Below, piece by piece: positions 37,582 to 46,335 of a stretch of 46,335 bases of DNA. Under the pieces are notes generated by a model that saw nothing but the letters and a program-made list of their open reading frames with translations, did not search any database and was not told the origin of the DNA. Location: assembly GCA_033697325.1 (NCBI GenBank), contig GCA_033697325.1_4854.1; one strand, written 5' to 3'. The translations under genes and the position numbers were made by a program. Position 1 is the stretch's first letter. Every line of letters starts with the position of its first letter. Source of the stretch: a phage.

Positions 37582-39953
37582 TGGCTGAAGAAGTCGGCGG
37601 AATTGTCTATGAAGTCGGGATGGATGTTAAAGGCCTGAAAGCTGGCGCGACAACAGCCAATAAGACTTTGGACGACCTTGAATCATCAACCAACAAAACC
37701 ACAAATGCGCTTGGCAAGTTGGATAAAAACGCCAGAAATGCTGGCAACGGGATGAAGAATGCTGGCGGCGCAGCTTCAGGGCTTAAAACCAGCATGTCGA
37801 TGCTTGCTGGCGCAATATCCGTGTCACTGATTATCGAATGGGGCAAGCGATTCCTTGAGGTTGCCGATAACATGACACAGCTTCAGGCAAGGATAAAAAG
37901 GTTAACAGGAGATGCTGAGACCGCGAAGGAAACCTTCAATTCGCTGACAAACATCGCCTCAACCACTGGCGCAAGCCTAAGTGATACCACGGGGCTGTGG
38001 GAAACATTGACGTCATCACTGAAAGAGGCAGGCGCGACAAATGCGCAGGTTCTTAACCTTACAGATACCCTGCAAAAAATAGGTAGAATCGGCGGGTCAT
38101 CAACCGAAGAAATGGCGAACGCATTACGTCAGTTCGGTCAGTCAATCGCATCTGGCACAATCCGCGCCGAAGAATTTAACTCCATCCTTGAACAGATGCC
38201 TGAACTTGCACGCCAGATAGCCGCTGGACTTGGCATTTCAATGGGTGAACTTCGCGCCAGAATGCTTGACGGAAAACTGACGGCGGAAGATGCGCTAAAT
38301 GCCATTCAGGACAGAACAAGCGTAGTTAACGCTGAGTTCGCAAAACTACCGCGCTCTATATCTCAGGCGACTGGTAGTCTTGAAACATCATTTGCAAAAA
38401 TGATAGCAAGCATAAACGACGCAACAGGAGCTAGTTCTGCCTTCGTTTCAGTTATTGACTCTATTACCTCAGCAATCAACAGACTAACTGGTCAAACTGT
38501 AAGTGCGGCAGAGGTTATTTCTGATTTGACGTCAACTGCCGAAATGTTCAGTCGCAGGGCGAGAACTTGGTCATGGGTTGGCATTGACGGATGGGCGGCA
38601 CAAAATCAGGCAATAGCCGCGGTAGCAAATCAGGCTGCAACTTTGGTTTCAGACATGGATGCCGTAACGAAGTCAACAGGAGAAGCAGCAGAAGCGCAGG
38701 CGCATTTGACAGTGCCGCAAACACCACCAAAGGACGGGAAAGGAAAGGGCAAAAGCGCCGAAGAGAGACAAGCTGAATCAGTAGCTGAAAAGCTGGAAAA
38801 ATTACGCCAGCAAACCATGCTCAATGCCACATCTACCAGCGAACTATCACGCGAGCAAGCAATTCTCAATGCGCAGCAATCGCTTGGCAAGGCCGCCACT
38901 CAGGAGCAAATAAAACTGGCTGGCGAGTACGCTGCGAAGATTTGGGACCAGAAAAATGCACTGAAGGAGCAGGCGGAAGCGGAGAAAGAAAGGCAGCGCG
39001 TAGAAAAATCATATCAGGGATTACGTGCCATTGCGTCACCAACGACTGGCATTGACAGTGAATACCAGCAACGCATGGCTGACCTTGATGCCTACGCCGC
39101 AGCATATCCGCAAAAAATCACGGAGATTGAACAGACTCGCTCAGCAATAGAGGCTCAGTACCGCCAGCAACGAATTGATGCCATGTGGGCTGAATGGCAG
39201 CAACAAAGCCTCGGTGCGCAACTGTTCGGCACCGCGCTTGATTCAGCAATGAGCACAGCATCAAACAGCATAACCGGATTGTTGACAGGCACAATGAGCG
39301 TTCAGGATGCCATGCGCAGTCTCGGCTCTACGGTGCTGAACTCTCTGGTAAACAGTTTCGTCGAAATGGGCGTGCAGTGGGTAAAATCTGCGGTCATGGG
39401 ACAGACTGCACAGGTTGCGGCTACAGCAACTACAACGGCGGCGCAAACGGCAGGACTGGCAACCACAACAGCAGCATCCACTGCGGCGGCAGCCACCACC
39501 ACGGCGGCATGGACTCCTGCGGCGATCGTAGCATCAATCGGCTCATTCGGTGGGGCGGCTGCAATTGGGGTTGGTGCCGTTCTAGGGGCGCTGGCGATGG
39601 GTATTGCTGGAAAGCGTAAAAATGGCGGCCCAGTTAGCGCAGGAAGTATGTACGAAGTTGGCGAGGGAAACGCACCAGAAATATTCCAGGCAAGCACAGG
39701 CAGGCAATACATGATACCTGGTAACTCAGGAAAGGTTATCAGCAATAAGGATATTTCCGGTGGAGGTGGCGGAGTTGTGGTTTATAATAATGTTTACAAT
39801 AATTCAAGCAATGCCAGCGCAACAAGCAGAGCCACTGATAACGGTGATGGTTCGATAACTATTGAGACATTTATATCCGATATGAATGAAGGCGGACCGA
39901 TGAGCCAATCTATCTCAAGGAACTTTAATACCAACAGGAGAGCAACCGAATAA
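37581..39953 (+). CDS. Tail tape measure protein
   Basis: 790 aa, alpha-helical Ala/Thr/Gln-rich, lambda-family tape-measure-like N-terminus; TAATG junction. Confidence 0.85.
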   Translation: MAEEVGGIVYEVGMDVKGLKAGATTANKTLDDLESSTNKTTNALGKLDKNARNAGNGMKNAGGAASGLKTSMSMLAGAISVSLIIEWGKRFLEVADNMTQLQARIKRLTGDAETAKETFNSLTNIASTTGASLSDTTGLWETLTSSLKEAGATNAQVLNLTDTLQKIGRIGGSSTEEMANALRQFGQSIASGTIRAEEFNSILEQMPELARQIAAGLGISMGELRARMLDGKLTAEDALNAIQDRTSVVNAEFAKLPRSISQATGSLETSFAKMIASINDATGASSAFVSVIDSITSAINRLTGQTVSAAEVISDLTSTAEMFSRRARTWSWVGIDGWAAQNQAIAAVANQAATLVSDMDAVTKSTGEAAEAQAHLTVPQTPPKDGKGKGKSAEERQAESVAEKLEKLRQQTMLNATSTSELSREQAILNAQQSLGKAATQEQIKLAGEYAAKIWDQKNALKEQAEAEKERQRVEKSYQGLRAIASPTTGIDSEYQQRMADLDAYAAAYPQKITEIEQTRSAIEAQYRQQRIDAMWAEWQQQSLGAQLFGTALDSAMSTASNSITGLLTGTMSVQDAMRSLGSTVLNSLVNSFVEMGVQWVKSAVMGQTAQVAATATTTAAQTAGLATTTAASTAAAATTTAAWTPAAIVASIGSFGGAAAIGVGAVLGALAMGIAGKRKNGGPVSAGSMYEVGEGNAPEIFQASTGRQYMIPGNSGKVISNKDISGGGGGVVVYNNVYNNSSNASATSRATDNGDGSITIETFISDMNEGGPMSQSISRNFNTNRRATE

Positions 39954-39954
39954 A

Positions 39955-39982
39955 AAGAAGCCCCTTATGGGGCTTTGTTTTA
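39955..39982. terminator. Bidirectional intrinsic terminator
   Basis: aagcccc-ttat-ggggctt hairpin with A-run and T-run. Confidence 0.65.
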
Positions 39983-40630
39983 AATCTTATCAGCGCATTT
40001 ACGTACGACCCTCGGTATCGTTTCTTTCAGTTCATCCCATGAGTTGACCGCTTCCATATCCAGAAGTGTGACAAGAGACTTCTGGATATCACTGCGTAAC
40101 TGGTTAGTTTTTGCATCCTGAGAGTCCCATGTGTCAAACCCAGTAACTTCACGGATATCTATCGACTCCTTGACTGACTTTGCCACCTGAATGAAATGCC
40201 CACTATGACCAATTCTACCCTCAGTACGTTCAAGCATTCTGCTGACGGCAGCATTAAGTTCCACGAAACTTACCGCACCAATATTTCGCAACTCAACCTG
40301 TCTCTGCGTAATGAATCGGTCGATGACAAGGAAATGGAAATATGTGCTGTATTGCTCTGCTATATATACAGCCAGATGCAAGCAAGCAAAAGTGGAACCA
40401 TTCCTGCCTCGCGTTGATTTTATTGCGCTATCGATACCAAGTTGCTTTTCGCACTCAGCCTTGAAATCCTTAAATGCATCAGTTGCCATTACCTGTCGTA
40501 TTTCTCTTGTCCTCATCCCATTATCCAGTCTCCAGCGGTTCATCTGGTTAACAAGCTCATTAACGTTAATAAAATTTTCACGGTCGAAAGTGATCTCTCC
40601 GTACGGAAACTCTAATGTTTGCAGTTTCAT
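39980..40630 (-). CDS. KilA-N domain protein (antirepressor/kil-like accessory gene)
   Basis: N-terminal FINVNEL...NGSTFACLHLAVYIAEQYS resembles KilA-N; SD aggaga. Confidence 0.5.
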   Translation of the reverse strand: MKLQTLEFPYGEITFDRENFINVNELVNQMNRWRLDNGMRTREIRQVMATDAFKDFKAECEKQLGIDSAIKSTRGRNGSTFACLHLAVYIAEQYSTYFHFLVIDRFITQRQVELRNIGAVSFVELNAAVSRMLERTEGRIGHSGHFIQVAKSVKESIDIREVTGFDTWDSQDAKTNQLRSDIQKSLVTLLDMEAVNSWDELKETIPRVVRKCADKI

Positions 40631-40660
40631 GATTATTTCTCCTGTTTAATGTGACAATTA

Positions 40661-40684
40661 AATTCTACATTCAAATGTAGAATT
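40661..40684. promoter_or_regulatory. Perfect palindrome AATTCTACATT-CA-AATGTAGAATT (candidate operator) overlapping the leftward promoter
   Basis: 11-bp inverted repeat with 2-bp spacer built from the TCTACAT core of the recurrent motif; TAGAAT -10 and palindromic TTGCAA -35 (18-nt spacer) on the minus strand. Confidence 0.45.
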
Positions 40685-40749
40685 TTTGCAAGCTATTTTA
40701 GATGGCAAAACATCATGGAACGAATGCATTTTAAACCAGCTCATGATGG

Positions 40750-40777
40750 AGTGGTGAAACTTGCGCCGTGCTAAAAT
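40750..40777 (+). promoter_or_regulatory. Rightward extended -10 promoter for tail tip genes
   Basis: TGcTAAAAT at 40769-40777, 27 nt before ATG 40805. Confidence 0.35.
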
Positions 40778-40804
40778 ACATCAACAAAGCGAAGAGGATT
40801 TCAC

Positions 40805-44597
<3,793 letters not shown>

Positions 44598-44608
44598 TTA
44601 AATTTGCT

Positions 44609-44632
44609 GAAGCCCCTCACGGGGCTTTGTTC
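44609..44632. terminator. Bidirectional intrinsic terminator
   Basis: agcccc-tcac-ggggct hairpin; the loop contains the stop codon of the leftward T5orf172-type gene. Confidence 0.6.
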
Positions 44633-45492
44633 ATTATCTCATCCATTAATTCAGATGAATACTTAAGCCACTCAGTTGCGCCATCAAACCCCGTCAGTCC
44701 TGCACTTTCGTATTTCTTATGAAAATACTTCTCCAATGCTGCTGCGTTAACTCCCGTCATTTTAATATGATGAATTTCATTGAAATTGAACGGAGTCTCC
44801 CTCTTAAGAGTTGCTAGCCGCTGGGTGATCTTATTTGTTATCCCGACCTTTATCCCATACTCACTAATTAAAAAGTAAACATAAGCATTTTTTGTCTTGT
44901 CAAATCCACTCTTTGCACAACCAGGGCAACCGCGCCCCTTAAGGTGATTGGAAGGAGTAACCATGAAATCACCATGAATACCACATGTGACAATGACTTT
45001 CTCTGATACCTTTTTGCATATTGTTTTATCATATTTATACCTAAAAGAGTGAATCAGATTAGATTTAAAAACAAAGTCATGTGTATTAACCCTTCCTTTA
45101 CCAGAGCATTTTTGGCAACCTTGACCACTCAAGTGCTTATCTGGAGATTTCAAAAAATCACCATGCTTTTTGCATGTTATTATTATCTTACTGGTTCCGT
45201 TTTTATATACTGTTTTTCCGTAATCATACAAATCACCATGCTTTAACTTTGCTTTCATTATGAACTCTTCGGTGTTCATCGTCATCCTTGATGATGCGCA
45301 CTCAGCTTGACATTTAATGCATCCTCGACCAAGTAGGTGGTTAGCAGCCCTCTGCTTAAACTCTCCGTGTTTCTTGCAAATTATTGTTACGTAAGATTTA
45401 TTGCCGTTGTATTCAACCATTGAGTAATCATACTTATCCCCATGGATCAATATCGACTTTGACACAAAGTCATTAGTTGTCATTCTTTTCAT
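44617..45492 (-). CDS. Homing-endonuclease-like protein, paralog of 16684-17817 (repeat modules plus T5orf172/MUG113-type domain)
   Basis: Three repeats of HGDKYDY...I.C.KHG.F...P..HL.G.GC.KC, then AYVYFLISEYGIKVGITNKITQRLATL...EWLKY. Confidence 0.6.
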   Translation of the reverse strand: MKRMTTNDFVSKSILIHGDKYDYSMVEYNGNKSYVTIICKKHGEFKQRAANHLLGRGCIKCQAECASSRMTMNTEEFIMKAKLKHGDLYDYGKTVYKNGTSKIIITCKKHGDFLKSPDKHLSGQGCQKCSGKGRVNTHDFVFKSNLIHSFRYKYDKTICKKVSEKVIVTCGIHGDFMVTPSNHLKGRGCPGCAKSGFDKTKNAYVYFLISEYGIKVGITNKITQRLATLKRETPFNFNEIHHIKMTGVNAAALEKYFHKKYESAGLTGFDGATEWLKYSSELMDEIMNKAP

Positions 45493-45569
45493 ATTTGGCT
45501 TTCATTGCTGGACAATATTATCATGATACAATCCTAGCAATAGTTGCGCAACGATCAAATGAGGACGTT

Positions 45570-46335
45570 ATGACCACACAGCCTACGAATTTACCAATTC
45601 CTAGCGAAAACCCTAGAGATTTAAAGTTCAACTCCGGGTGCTTCGATAAAGTGATTAACTCAAATGAAAATTATTATATAGACAGGTTTGGGGTAAGAAG
45701 GTTTACGATTGCTGGCTTTCAGTACACAGCAGAAGAAGCGATTCGTAAATTCGGATATATCACGATGGACAGCTTCGAAGATGGTGCGACACTGACGCTT
45801 CCCAATCAGACCCTGCGTTATGAAGCGAACGGAGAATATTATCGCTGGGATGGGGAGTTTCCAAAAATAGTTCCAGCTGGTTCAACTCCAGATAGCACAG
45901 GCGAGGTTAAATTAGGAGCGTGGGTTAGTGTTGGTGATGCATCTTTGCGCAGTGACTTAGCAAAAACAAATGGTGCAGGATTAATCGGAGGTTTATCAAA
46001 ACCGATTACGTCCTGGGGTGCTGTAGGTGATGGTGTTACAAATAACACATCAGCATTCAATTCTGCTGAGGATTCACAGTTTAATGATATATACATACCT
46101 GAAGGTAACTTCAAGGTTGATAATATTACCTTTAATAAACGGTATTGGGGGCCAGGTATTGTGGTAATCGATCACAAATCTGATTTCACTGGCGTGGGAA
46201 TTAACGACATGACCGTGTCAGGAATATACAATGGACAGCAAGATCTAAATGCAATTGTAAGAATAAAAGAAGCTTCAAATCCTGATAAGCTTGAATTCAG
46301 TACAGATAATGGAGTTACATGGCATGACACGATAG
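45570..46335 (+). CDS. Second tail fiber / tailspike gene, N-terminal part (3' end outside window)
   Basis: ATG 45570 with SD gagga; open to the end of the window. Conserved fiber N-terminus (ENPRDLKFNSG) and GAVGDGVTNNTSAFNSAE resembling the start of a beta-helix depolymerase domain. Confidence 0.7.
   Translation, partial: MTTQPTNLPIPSENPRDLKFNSGCFDKVINSNENYYIDRFGVRRFTIAGFQYTAEEAIRKFGYITMDSFEDGATLTLPNQTLRYEANGEYYRWDGEFPKIVPAGSTPDSTGEVKLGAWVSVGDASLRSDLAKTNGAGLIGGLSKPITSWGAVGDGVTNNTSAFNSAEDSQFNDIYIPEGNFKVDNITFNKRYWGPGIVVIDHKSDFTGVGINDMTVSGIYNGQQDLNAIVRIKEASNPDKLEFSTDNGVTWHDTI

Noticed and set aside
38548-39745. Several 60-150-aa ORFs on both strands inside the tape measure gene
   Set aside because: Ala/Pro/Thr-rich translations caused by the GC-rich repetitive tape measure coding sequence.

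Overview
This 46.3-kb window reads as a large part of a tailed dsDNA phage genome (siphovirus-like, mosaic lambda/T1-type). Several features point to an enterobacterial host: a lambda R-type endolysin, E. coli-like SSB C-terminal tails, an E. coli DnaN-like fragment and sigma70-like promoters. No integrase or CRISPR array is present. All calls rest on reading the six-frame translations and the DNA by eye; no database search or computation was run.

Layout, left to right:
- 1-792: 3' end of a tail fiber gene with a C-terminal intramolecular chaperone domain.
- 1063-10232: leftward replication/recombination module. It contains a VRR-NUC nuclease, an SF2 helicase whose P-loop is split by a 348-aa LAGLIDADG intein, an SSB-tailed protein, Gp157-like and Sak4-like proteins, a prim-pol primase, and an embedded rightward Cro-like HTH gene.
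- 10250-10880: non-coding control region with iteron-like repeats.
- 10881-12600: rightward small genes, including a frameshifted Lar-like gene.
- 12747-18706: terminase small and large subunits, portal, a T5orf172-type homing-endonuclease-like gene and a minor head protein.
- 18790-26200: leftward accessory cassettes, an HNH-AP2 endonuclease, the lysis cassette (lysozyme remnant, lambda R-like endolysin, spanins) and rightward small genes with a second Lar-like gene.
- 26197-29414: prohead protease/scaffold, putative decoration protein and major capsid protein.
- 29442-32075: an opposite-strand island encoding a PP-loop (PAPS-reductase-like) enzyme, a truncated beta sliding-clamp homolog and a DGQHR/ParB-like protein.
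- 32175-34531: membrane proteins and head-tail connector genes.
- 34560-34636: a tRNA with CAU anticodon.
- 35147-44597: major tail protein, leftward accessory genes, tape measure, a KilA-N gene and lambda M/L/K/I-J-like tail tip genes.
- 44617-46335: a second T5orf172-type gene and the 5' start of a second tail fiber gene.

The most unusual candidate for an undescribed system is the 29442-32075 island. A 10-bp motif ATCTAC(A/G)TCA also recurs in pairs at nearly every strand-switch promoter region, and an SSB-type acidic tail is encoded in frame directly after the stop codon of the nuclease gene.
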